A stretch of DNA of 63,025 bases, filler included, from Klebsormidium nitens (lineage: Eukaryota; Plantae; Klebsormidiophyceae), in assembly GCA_000708835.1 (NCBI GenBank). It is 7 parts of 7 records of this genome, joined end to end, with 100 filler letters (N's around TTAATTAATTAA, not from the genome) between each part and the next. Parts side by side here need not be neighbours in the genome. Positions count along the whole stretch, not along the records: positions 1 to 21,227 come from DF237913.1; positions 21,328 to 32,741 come from DF238123.1; 5 more parts are not named here. One strand, given 5' to 3'. A program made the translations under genes and the position numbers. The notes beneath the pieces were generated by a model. The model saw only the letters and a list, made by a program, of their open reading frames with translations, did not search any database and had not been told where the DNA came from. Below are positions 18,218 to 30,103 of this stretch, piece by piece (within the stretch, counting starts at the first letter, position 1; each line of letters opens with the position of its first letter).

Positions 18218-21200
18218 CACACGGATAATATCAAAGGGGAGAGTTGCAAAATTTCCATCCTCTCCCAGCTGTTAGGTTGTTGAAATGCTGAAAGCTCCAG
18301 AAGACACAACCGCAGAGTCTCTTTCCAACCATGATTTCAACCGAAAAACAATGAAGTTCAGACCATCCGAGGAACCAGCACCCCATGTGCAACCCTTCAC
18401 AAAAAAGGGTTAAGGCATCTGACGGTGTTGCCATCCCTCAAAGACTTCATCTGACCAAGTCCTTCTCCATTAAATCCTCTGGTACTTTTTCAAGACGATA
18501 TAAATACCGCATCCATGAAAAGACATTGATACCTTTGATGTATGGGACGCCAGTATGACGCACAGCTAGTTTGGCAACACCTAATAGGGCAGATGCAACC
18601 AATTGGATGAAGTCACTGTAATGTGGCAAGTTGCATACACTGAAAGTCCCAACGCCATCAATTCCTCCAATCCTACGTCGCTTTCTCCAGATGACAAGGT
18701 AGTTGTGACTTCAGCACAGAAACAGTGATGAAGTTTATTCGTTCCAATCTGACCACAGGGCGTGCAGCCTAGGGTTTGCTTCAGAATCCGCAGCGTAAGG
18801 TGCAACCAAAGAGCAATATGCGACATACCTGGCCTGGGTCTTGGAGCTCCTCTTCCAGTCTCTAAAAGCACTGACACCAGTCCCACACTGCATGCTATCT
18901 CCATCCATCGGCCCCTCCATTGTCCCTTCTCGACTGTTGAAAGCACTGCCAGAGAGGCCCTTGATTACATGTACTTATCAGATTTCATCATCCCAGGTTT
19001 GAGGATTTCAAAGACAGCCTATGCCAATCGGAGCCTCTGGCCAGTACAGCTTTCCCCGTTACAATGTTCTCGCCAACCCTCTATTTGAGAAACGCAGACT
19101 GCCATACAGATGTATCGCTCATAAAGATATGCAACTTGCTGCTTGGCATCCACAGAGACAAAAAGGATTGAGTGTACCCTGGGACCGCCTTCTTGCAGGA
19201 TAAAAGGGGCAAAGCCCTACAGATTGCAAACAGCATTACAGATAGTCTTGCCGATCAATCGCCGGCGTGCCAGCCCTGCCTATTGTCCTTCCTTCACACA
19301 CAACCTATGTGGGGGCTTGCATCGAATCCTGCAGGGCGCAATAGCGCAACACTGACACGTTCAGACACACCCGGGAACCAAACCGCCACAGCAGGTGTCC
19401 AACTACCTACCTGCCCTGCCGCCAGGTGAAACAACCATCGGTCCATCAACTTTCTATAGCGACCTTCGCGAGATATGGCGGCAGACTGCGTGACTGGCAG
19501 TTGCAACTTCCTACGTACGTTTCGGCCAAGTCTCCCTGCCACCTGGACAATCTTGGTGTGACACAAACCGGCCACTATACAGTCTATAAGCGACCGGCTC
19601 CTTCCAAATTTTGGTGATCGAAGTGGATCGAAGTCACGGGGACCGAAGTTCGCACCGCAAACTGCAGCTCGACCGGGCGTCCACCGGGGCTCTGTGCTCT
19701 ACCGTGCGGTGTACCAGACTCCAGTCCAATCAGTGGATGAAAAAGATCGCGCCAAACCTCCGAGCCCAAGCTGAGGACACACGTGATGGTCGCCAGGCCC
19801 GCTTGCGAATCTAGCCGCTGACAAGGGGTCGGAAGGATCCCCCGGATGGGTCGTATTGATCCCGCCGCTTGCTGTGTTTGCAAATATTGCTATCCAGATC
19901 CATTGTTGTGTCAAGGCATCGGGAGTCGGTGTCCCCTCCCGGCCACGGCTCAACTTGCTAGGTAGTCAACTAGGGTCCAAGCTGATTTTCCCAGTTAGCC
20001 GCGCCTAGTATCAATTATAAGGTTAACTTTCCTTCCATATCGGCGTCCTGCAAACGTCGCCACTTGGAAGCATCGAGGGGTCTGAAAGTAATAACCAGTC
20101 CGTAAATCGCACATAAATCTAACTTCTGACCAATAATTTGAAACTGAAGCTTGAAAGAAGTTGAAACCATTGGAGTTTAACATCATCACATTCAACGGCT
20201 GTAAGCAATTACGTTTGATGGTGTTTGTTTCGTGCTCCCCGGAGCCCAATGCTTCAAGCTTCAATATGCTTCAAGGAGTAGGGACGTATGTCAGTAATTC
20301 CAATGAAAGCTGGTCACTTGAACGGTCCGAGGCCATGCTTCAAAGCTCACATAGTTGCGGCCGACCGGCCCCTAGTGTGTGCATCGTTGGGGCACACGTA
20401 CATGTACTTTGAATGCACGATGCGCGACCACACAATTGACTTCTTAAATTCAAGGCTTGGCCTCTACATTCCGTGTCAACTCACAATTAACTAGGAATTT
20501 TACATGGCCCGCTCTGAAGGCCTAGCATGCATCACCTGGCATGCCGCACGGTTGGCGCAGTGTATTCCCTCTTTTTGAGCCCATTGGTATAAAAATGGCT
20601 TTGATTTGAGAGCTAACTACCGGCCACGCTGCGCGGCTACCGTCGTAGAAAATCTACATGACCGTCCGACACTAGTTTTATAGTGCATTAGTGCACGTAC
20701 CGACGGTAACGTAGTGCACGGCCCCTTATTACAGTATACGGTAGCATAGCCAATGGCATAGTTCACTAGACCATGAACATCAATATATAGTCTATAATAC
20801 GATGTTGTAGTGCAAGTAGCCTGCGACGGCAAACAATTCATGCATCATTAGTCGGACCGGGCAGACTTGAAGTTCATATATAGGGCCGGATATCAGCTGA
20901 CTGCAATATATAACCCGAGGGTTATGGCAAAACTGCCATATGCCCGCTAGCTGCGAATGTAAGGTAACCGTACCCGAGCTATGTTACTAATCGCATATAG
21001 CCGGCATAACTTGTTGTACGCCTGCCAGCGTATCCAGTGCTGACCGGAAGCTTCAGCCATAACTTTCAAACATGAGGCATGCCCACTGTGATGATCGAGT
21101 TAGGCGAGACATCCTAGCCTGACCGTTCGTACGCACAAGCGTCAAGGTAGTGCGCGACCGAACCGGCTACATGTAAACAGCGTTTCTTCCTATTGGATAG

Positions 21201-21227
21201 CTAGCTCATGATAGCGCCCGGCCACAC

Positions 21228-21327
21228 NNNNNNNNNNNNNNNNNNNNNNNNNNNNNNNNNNNNNNNNNNNNTTAATTAATTAANNNNNNNNNNNNNNNNN
21301 NNNNNNNNNNNNNNNNNNNNNNNNNNN
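21228..21327. other. Scaffold gap with artificial TTAATTAATTAA linker (same at 32742-32841, 41178-41277, 44321-44420, 54780-54879, 61473-61572). Sized gaps without linker are at 49287-49933 and 50508-50987.
   Basis: Identical 100-nt N blocks with a central six-frame-stop 12-mer. Confidence 0.97.
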
Positions 21328-24031
21328 TGAAGGTCGAGCTGCTTACCACGCTGCGACATCCGAACATCGTCGTTCTGATGGGGTGCTGCCTCGAGGAGCA
21401 CTGCCTCGTCTACGAGTACTGTGGAGGGGGTTCCCTCGAGGAGAGGCTCGCCGACGAGAGCTTTCCGCTGCCGTGGTATACGCGACTGCGAATTATGATG
21501 GAGGTGAGCTGGCCTCATCTCAATCAGTACATCCACAATACTCGTAACAAGCAGAGCAAGCTGCAAGCGACGGTCCCCCACGCCTGCATTGACGCATGTA
21601 GCCTGTTGTTGCTTGATTTTGTTGTCACGAAGTGATTTTTGGTCTTCCTCACCCTTGAAATCGAGCACCGCGTTCTGTGGACCGCTCTTCATAAGGCCTT
21701 TTTCTGATTTTTCCTTATCTTTGGCTTAAGCGCAACATCGAGGCTTCTGTATCAGCTGTTGCTCTTTAGAGGTCGACAGCGGGCCTTGTAGGACCCAATC
21801 TTGTTTCTCTCCAGCCATGCGACCAGCGTCGCTAAGTCAAGCAGCACCTGGGATCGAACCCGTTCCAGATGGTAGGGTAAATGACTCCAGTCTCGAAAGC
21901 TTCATCTTTTGCGTGTCCCCTTTGACAGGCCGCGACCGCGCTCCTGTGGATGCACAAGCTCGACATCATCCACTGCGACATCAAGCTAGCCAACGTTCTG
22001 CTTGACGAGAGCAAAGCTGCCAAGCTAGAAGACGTCGGCATCTGTCGGATGATTTCCGCCGCGGAGGCGCGGACCGCCAGGCTCACGAGCGCGCTGACGC
22101 TCCGGACGAGCTCCAGCGAAGTTCGGGGCTCCTTCGGCTATGTGGACCCAGGTCCGTCTCTTACGTGTATTGATAGGACAGACTGTAGAGCGGATTTCAG
22201 GAGGCTGGCGCTAGCTTTGTGTCGTTGGTCCAATGTTTTGCTCATGAACGATGCAAAAGTCGAGGGGCGTACGGCGTACTATTAGTGCACTCTAGCTTTC
22301 CATAACCGCATGCGAAGTATGCTTGAAGGAAGCTTGCATGCGATAATGCATCTTTCTTACTACGACGTTTCCAGAAAATTTCTGTGTTCTTTCGCCGTTC
22401 CCCTTTTCGAAACCGTCGTGTCCTGCAATCGATCCAAATTTTCTTTCCATCTCTAAACTGTCTTCTTTCCTTTGCGGCCTGTTTGCCCCTCTCTTTCCAC
22501 TTTGGCCCTCCTCCTTCTCAACCCTTCTTCGCACGGACGCGCAGCGCTGTTCGACGGTTCACCCGTCGAGAAAAGCAGCGACGTGTACGCACTGGGGGTA
22601 TGCCTGCTGCAGCTGTTAACCAAGCGGTCTGCGAAGACCGTGAAGCGGGAAATGAAGCAGGCGTACGACAGCAAGAACTTGCCCGAGATCCTGGACCGGA
22701 GCGCGGGAGAGTGGCCCCTGGACACGGTGGTCGAGGACGTAAGTTCACGAAGTCAACTGGAGTCAACAGTAGGCGCGTATCGTTTCGTGTTCGGGACGAC
22801 CCGCGCTTTTGTTTCCCCGGTAGAGCGCAAAAAGGAAACCCGTCTTCTGGCTCTAACAGGGAGGCTTGTTGGACATGGGTGCATGTCAGACCAGCCAAAA
22901 CGATGCTGCCACGTGTCAGTTTGGAACTGCGACGACCGTCGAGTCAACATACGGGATGAAATTTCTGACAGTTCGAAAGGCATGCTCAGGTGCTCGGGTC
23001 AAGTTTGCAGACACTTCAACTGGTCAGGCTTCTGCCGAGGACGGATGTTTCTTGTCCCGCTCTGGTAGGCTATAGCGGCGCCACGCACGATGAAGTTCGT
23101 TTTCAGAGCCGGCGAAACGGGAACGGCTCGTGTTTGGGCGCTGCCTTACTTCCGTCTAGACTTGCGGGTAAAAGGTGCTCCGGGACGCTATTTGAAATCA
23201 TTTGAGACGCTTTCTGCTCCTCCTTCTTATGCCTACATTCGTTTCGACTGCAGCCCGAGATGCAATGCCCTTGCCGACATTTACCCGGGTCAGCTTAAAG
23301 CCCTCTTTTGTCCTTGTGCAGCTGGCCGCCCTGGGTCTCCGATGCACCGAATTTGACCAGGAGATGCGACCTGACCTAGAGTCGGAGGTCATCCCGGTTC
23401 TGTCTCGCCTGAACGACCTTGGAATGGCGGCCGAGCGTCAGGAACTGGAGAGCTTGCGCCGCGCGGCCGCGGCCGCCCTGCCAGCGCCCGGGGCACGCCC
23501 GCGCGACAGTGATGACATCCTGGAGGCTCAGTTCTGCTGCCCAATCAGTCAGTAAGTTTTAAAGAGGCGATATGTGAAAGTGCGGTGTGAAAGCCGTCGT
23601 GCTTGTCGACTCGTTCAACTCCTCGCCCACTACAGTCCGCAACATGAGATTCTCGTAAGGCATGCAGTGCTTTGGAGCGACCGGTCTAATTCTCCCATTG
23701 CAGTCCGGGTTGCTACAGTGTTGACGTCCGATCTCACGACGCAGCTTCAACTTCTTACTTTTACCCGAAGCCTTCATAATTCTGATTCAACAGCTGGAAG
23801 TCTTGCCTCGTTCGGCTTTTGAACATCTCATAAAACCTATCCGTACAGGAGATCATGGAAGATCCGGTCGTGGCGGCCGATGGCCACACTTACGAGAGGA
23901 GCCAGATTGAGAAATGGCTGGCCGTGTACCGCACGTCTCCCGTGACGGGCCTGCCTCTGCTTCACACGAACGTCGTTTGCAACCATACCGTCAAGAGCGC
24001 AATCATGGAGTGGAGGCAGAGAACCGGTTGA
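21328..24031 (+). CDS. Protein kinase + C-terminal U-box (plant PUB kinase class), 5' end lost in gap. Exons 21328-21503, 21929-22151, 22545-22738, 23322-23551/2, 23849-24031.
   Basis: Kinase motifs LRHPNIVVLMGCC..LVYEY, HCDIKLANVLLD, KLEDVG, GSFGYVDP, SDVYALG. U-box FCCPISQEIMEDPVVAADGHTYER..IEKWL..TSPVTG. Confidence 0.88.
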
Positions 24032-26542
24032 TGATGAGTAGGGATCTGGTTGGATGAGACTCCCTACTGTTGGTTGTAAAGAGTACGCTACGTACCATTG
24101 ACGACGGTTGGCAGGAGTGAGCGCAGCAGTGTGGCAATGGAACACACGTGAACATGTTTGGGGGGTTTGTAGATGTTTGTTGTGGGCGGACGTTGTACCT
24201 TACCGTGTATATAGGCTGAAAGTAACAAACAATCCTAGCTAGAATTGTTTGGAAACGAGAATATAATCTTCCGTAGTGTAAGAAGAATCTCGCTTGACGT
24301 CAGGGAAGATTTGGAAAATGGCGCATATTCTAGTTTAGGCATTTAGGGAAGTACAAGAGGACTAATTGCCAGTATACAGCACCATATTTATCATTATTGC
24401 CTGATTTAGACGAATCTGCTACGGCAAATATTTGATCAAAGGATGCACGTTTTTGCTCGACTTTGAGTAGAGATTATACCACCGCGCTAATTGGTGCAAG
24501 TGACGTCTTACTTTGAAAGGGGACTCAATCACCTAGCTAGTTGCGACGGTCTCATATATCTCAATGATTCGATGGGCGCGCCGCGGCAAACGCGTCCCAT
24601 GCAACCGCGTGAATGACGATCTTTGCATACATGTCAATCAGAGGTGATTTATGATTCGAGGCATCAACAATCACGTGCGCGACCGGACGCGTGCATGATG
24701 ATCTTGCATACATGTTGCTCGGTCGTTGCAGCACTTTTACCTTCATAGTCATTATGGTGTGACGAAATGTTTTCGCCGGTCAGACTCCGCCATTTCCGTG
24801 CGTGTAGGTATCGTAACGTAAGCATGAGAGTGCCCGAGTCGATAGACCGGACGCAATCGAACTTGACAACTGCATTCATTTATTCGATCCAAGACCAAGA
24901 AAGTGAGGAGGGGACTCCTCGCCGCACGTCTTTGGAGTATGCGCATCCACGGCCTTCTAAGCCACTTCATGGTGCTTCGAGCAGCTTTCGAGGACTCGTG
25001 CAGTTGATCTGCATCATCCAACATATGCTGCTAAGCCACGGTGACATCCGGGCTCGTGTGTACTTTGCATGTCATGCGGTTCGGGTGTCGTGTGCATCCA
25101 GATTCTCAAGTCCCTTTCAGAATTGCGGTACTTCACCATGGCGCAAGGTCCTCAAACCGGGTCGCTTGTTAGTACGTCATCAGGCGTCGATACGAGAAAG
25201 CGGGAGCTGCTCAAAGATTTAAAAAGCATGGTTTTGCTGCGTGTCTGGTTGAAACCAACATAACCCCCAAACCAGCGAAGAATCCAAAAGTAACTCCTCC
25301 GGGATTTCGAGCTCTCCAACACTTCCACTTTCAAATCCTCCGCCAGGCATTTTCCGCACCGGTGCGCCCAATAGACTCCTCAATCGGCAGTCCCTGGATA
25401 GCCCAAGAAGATGTGTCGAAATGTTATCTAATTCCAGCAGTCGAATGAAAGAAGCAGCCCGCACGCAATTGCCACGTCGATGCAGACGTGGCACGATATT
25501 GCAGAAATATTTGGAGCTCTCGGAGGACGGACATCAGCAGTTGCCTTATGTGCACCAAAACTTTGCGCGACACCTGATGCCCCGCCCTTCATGCATGTCA
25601 ACCCAGTCCTGACGATATTGCAAAGTAGTTCTGAAACTGCTAGGATGACGTCAGCGCTCACCTCGCGTACACCAAGTATCAGAGTCACATGGTCTCCGCA
25701 GGAGCTGACCCAGACCCCCAGGCAGCTCCAGGGACGGCTCCACGCCTTTCCGTGTCGTAGACTGGCCAAAGTGCTCCTGCGGTCTGAACAGTCTAATATA
25801 GTGCCAAAGATTTGGACTTCTAAAATGAGATTGCAACTTTCGTAAGTGCTTGAATCCAACCGGAAGGGCGTGTTCCAATGCTTCGGGTGCTTGCCCCTGC
25901 TGGGAGAGAAATCCGGCCAACGAGGCCGGGGACGTCCGCCGCAAAGGTCGGCAGGATTTTCGCTTGACAACTTGGCTCCCAAGCGCCTCAGTAGCAGCAA
26001 ACTGAAACAAAGTTAACGATTCAAGTTTGATCGACTTCCAACGTAGGACCGCGAACAGGGTTACCCTGCTACTCCAAACTAGCTAGTACAGCCTAGAGGC
26101 CAAGACGCTCTGTTATGGACGATTAGCTCAACTAGCAACAAAACGGCAAGGTAGGAGCCCGGCGCGCAGAGGCGCTTCGCAATTCAACCGATGCGCCTTC
26201 AAACAATGCCGCTTCAGCTCAGCGGTACCGACCGGGTCGACATCCGTACCGAACTGATCGTCAAGCCTGCACAATGCGTTTGATCGTGTCGTGAGGATCC
26301 ATCGGCCTGGAATAAGTACCGTACTCTTTCACAGTATTCTGGATCCTTTTCAGAGCTGATCGATGTTGTACATGTACAGCTCAAAGTTCCGAGCATTTTT
26401 AAGTTCATGAGCACCATTGATTCTCCTGATCTAGCGAATTCTGCAGCTGTAGCGAGTCACCGGCCAGAAACCTTCTTAGTCGCAAGGCACTTCGACTTTA
26501 CAAAGAAGGCAACTTCGAAGACTGTGCAGCGTATATGGTTCC

Positions 26543-28675
26543 ATGCGCGCCCGCATCATGGCGGACCGCGTGCACTGTGCAGTTGCAGAAGCGCGGGCCT
26601 TGGCTGCACTCCCTGTGGACGTCCTCGCATTGATTCTCAAAGACATGAGCCTCAAGGAGCGCTTGCGCCTGGAAACCTTGGACAAGAACCACCGCGATGC
26701 GCTGCGGGTTCCGGAGCTTTGGGAAGCGATAGATCTGGAAGCTTTATGTGCGCTGAATTGCACGGAAGACCAGCTTCTGTCCCTGCTAAGCAGGGTTGAG
26801 CCACGTATGCAGAGAGGCGCAGCTCAGATAAGGCGCATGGCGGAGAGCCTGGATGACGTCACCGAAAGTTTCACGAAGCATATGGTGCCAGAATTCGCGG
26901 TAGAACAGCTGAAGCGCAAAACACGGACGTCGTTCAATAGAGACTTCATCTTCATTCAGCTGGTTATCCTGCGGTTCCTGTACAAAGCAGTGCCTGAATC
27001 TTGGGGTCCGGTGAGATTCTTTTTCGAGGCATGCACGCTGTGGCTCGTTGACCAGCTGCAGCGGATTCCGCTGGCCGTCCGCTCCGTCTTCAAGTTTCTG
27101 CGGAACGTCAAGAGCAACCCATCTGCCTTCGTGAGGAACGGAACAAGCAGTCCGCTGGAGAAGCCGGAACGGCAGAGGTCAGCCAAGAAAGCCGTTCTTC
27201 TCGATGTCTCCGGAGCGGTCAATCTGTCACCGACCTTTATAGCGGCCTGCGCAATCGCCCTCTCTGCAGCGGGGTTCCAAGGCAGTGTCAGAATGGACGA
27301 AGAAGGTGACCCTGGTTTCCTGACTAACCACCCGGTCTTCGAAGTAACACGGAGCCTGGCTTTGGACTGCGCGTTTCTCGTGAATCTCAAGGTTTCCGGT
27401 GCGTACCCCTGGAAAGCGAACTGCCTGACGCCCTTCAACCCCTGGGGACGAGCGCAAGAACCGGTCGGCGCACCTGAGGAGATCGAGACAAAACTAGAGC
27501 GGGTCGCTGCTTCGATCGCTCCTCAATTCGAGGGGTCAAGAGCAGCCTACGAGCTTTTCCTGGGCAAGATTTCGTCTCTCGTCGAGCTCCGAGCGGAGAT
27601 CGCGGGCAGTCGCGGGCGGCGGAGGGTCGCGAACCAGAGGCGCGATGGCGAGAGCTTTCGGTCACACCGTCATTCTTGAACACCTCGTTTCTCCACTCGA
27701 GCTGCCACTAATTGAAGAGCTGTGGCGGTTCCTGCACGACGCGCCGCCCGCCCTTAGCGTCGTCGTCGGGAACTGCACGCTCACCTGCGCGGAGTTCCGC
27801 TCGCTTTCCGCTGTGCTCGGCTTTCGCAGCGCCGGAACCGTCACCGTCCAGCATCACGGCCACGTCTTCTCCCGCAACTCCAACATGGCGTGCGTCATCC
27901 TGGGCTCCCCAGAGCTGCAGGCTAGCCAGGGCCTGCGCGCGCTTGCGCTCGATTTTCCGCTCTCTCTGGCGGATCTCGATTCCGTCGCCCTCTTTCTGGA
28001 CCGGAACGCGACTGGCGCCCACGTCGTGGTTCATCTGCGGCCAGCCTTTCATGGCAGAGCGCGGCCGCGGCGGGGCAGCTGTTTGCGAAAGTGAGCGATC
28101 TGTGCACGTCAGAGCGAGGTGGTCGGTTGAAATTCGTGTGGCACCAGGGCGGGGCGCGGGTTCCGAACGGAACGGATCGCACCAGAGCGGCGGAATGGGG
28201 CGGAACGGCAGCGGATCCGCGCGGGGGGCTCCTCGAGCACGCGTTCCTGACTCCCCTGCAGCAGGAACTCCGGTTCGAGGGCGCCCTCCGAGCCGCGGAC
28301 CGCGTCTTCTGGGGCATCGGCATCGCTGACGTCATCTTCGGCCTGGTTCTACTTCTGGATTACCTCCTCGCCCGGGTCAGATTTTTCCGATTCGTTCCTA
28401 TTCTGGGCATCCAGATCATGATCCAGGTACTCATTGCTAGTGTCGTCGGGTGGCCCCACCTGCGCGCGGCGATCCAAGGCGACCGCGACCCGATCAACTT
28501 CGTGATCGTCGCCTTTGCCGTCGGCTTCTTCCTGTTTCTGCCCTTTGCCGCGGCGTGGCGCGCGCTGTACTTTTACCTGTGCGCGTGCCTCGCTTGGACC
28601 GTTCTCAAGTGGTTTGGGACGGTTGCTGTGGAGTGCCGGGCAGGGCTCAAGATCAAGGCGAGAGTAAAGAGATGA
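26543..28675 (+). CDS. Intronless F-box + C-terminal multi-TM protein, copy 1 (two frameshifts, at ~27605 and ~28053: sequencing error or young pseudogene)
   Basis: N-terminal LAALPVDVLALILKDMSLKERLRLETLDK is F-box-like. It is collinear with the intact paralogue at 30104-32329 once one extra G (27604-27606) and one missing base (~28053) are corrected. Confidence 0.7.
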
Positions 28676-29445
28676 TCGTCACGGTCAGCAGAGAAGTCGT
28701 CAGCCAGAAAGTCGGCCTAAGCAGATTAGTGCAACCACAAATAGGTCGTTCACCTTAATGGGGTCGTGACTAGTCCAGCGGGTGCTTGAGATGGAGACAG
28801 GCCTCAACAAACATATTTGGAACTTCGAGTAATGCGCCGAGGCTTTGGTCGGTACTGGCCACTCCTTGTAGACGGCTTTTTATACGGCCCAGGGTAAAAG
28901 CGAGAGCAGAAATCGCGTCAATCCAGGAAATTTAATTTTGCCCTCACATCGCTATCATGCCTCATCTTGGACATAACGTAAGTCTCCTTATTGTTGCTAG
29001 AATGGACGGGCGTGGATCTTAGATGCTTACAAACACGTGCTTCGAAAAGACTTGCTCGATTTCTGTCATCGAAATTGGTGCGAGGGCTCCCAGCTTGGGA
29101 GTCTTTCATTGGCTCATGCTAAGCTAACAGCGATTGGCCGAAATCAGACGGTCGGTCGTTTATGTCCAGCTGGCCGCCTGCGCCACGCTGCTTAAGCAAG
29201 CTGGCCCCGCCTCCTCATACGCATTCAATCAGGTGACACAATCGCAACGCGAGATTTTTACATGACACATGCGCAACCTAAAAAATACCCGCTCGTTGCG
29301 ATTAAGCTGTCTTATGCCAAGCGTGAAAGTACCACTCACCATTTTGAAGACGTTCCTGCTACATCAGGCGCTGCACGCAAACCTCTGCATGGCATTCCGA
29401 TTTCCTGTGATATGGAACTGCTGATCGGCCCGGAACCGTCAATGG

Positions 29446-29628
29446 AACTCAAGAAAAATAAATTGTAAGCCGAGATATTAGTAAGGTAACCGCATTGGGC
29501 GGGTAGGGTTAGCTTGGTGGTTAGGGTGGGTACGGGTGCGGAGCGGGTGTCTTTTTGGGTTAGGGTTTTAAGTGTTAGTCGGTCGAGCTTATTGTTATCT
29601 TGGCTTACTGTTATCTTGCTTGAAAGTT
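29446..29628. mobile_element. Fold-back/MITE-like mini element with ~40-bp imperfect inverted arms and a telomere-like G-rich core
   Basis: Arm 29446-29485 (AACTCAAG..GTAAGCCGAGATATTAGTAAG) is an imperfect reverse complement of 29588-29628. The core GGTTAGCTTGGTGGTTAGGGTGGGTACGGGTGCGGAGCGGGTG recurs inverted at ~61010-61060. Confidence 0.6.
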
Positions 29629-30103
29629 GTCAACCGTGATGACGTCGGAGTGACGGTGCGGTACGACTCTGACTACTGAAGTAGTGAAAGCTTTGATTGG
29701 CGCAGTCAGCGGTCCTTGCGGTACCGACCAGGTCTCGTACCGCACCGATTGTCAAGCCTGCAGCGCACGTAGTATCTTCAAGCATTCTACCATATCATAT
29801 TATCATGCCCATCGTCTGCTTTTATACTGTCACGTAGTACTGCCATGAATGAACGCGCGTACAGCTGAAACTCTCGACTTGAACGGGAGATACATGATCA
29901 GTGGATGACAATACGTCGAATTTTCTCACATCTTCTGTGCTTCAGCACCTCTGCGCTTGTTCGCTTAGCTACTGTAGCTGCAGCTTGTATTGCTACTCGC
30001 CGAGAGTGCTCTCTTTGATTCAGCTGCAAAGCGCTTCAATAACCCGCAAGGACGTCGGCTATTGTAATCGGCTTAGCAGCGCCTACAGGGCCGCCAGCGC
30101 ATC

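Noticed and set aside
18230-19960. Possible additional gene upstream of the WD40 gene
   Set aside because: Only short ORFs with no motifs or consistent splice chain. It could be UTR or intron sequence.
21272-21283. Recurrent TTAATTAATTAA motif
   Set aside because: It always sits in the middle of 100-nt N blocks and is an assembly linker, not biology.
24560-26200. Possible minus-strand gene or decayed element
   Set aside because: Several protein-like short ORFs are present, but I could not assemble an exon chain or recognise a family.
29495-29580. Interstitial telomere or chromosome-fusion scar
   Set aside because: The TTAGGG units are few and degenerate, and are embedded in a dispersed fold-back element present twice.
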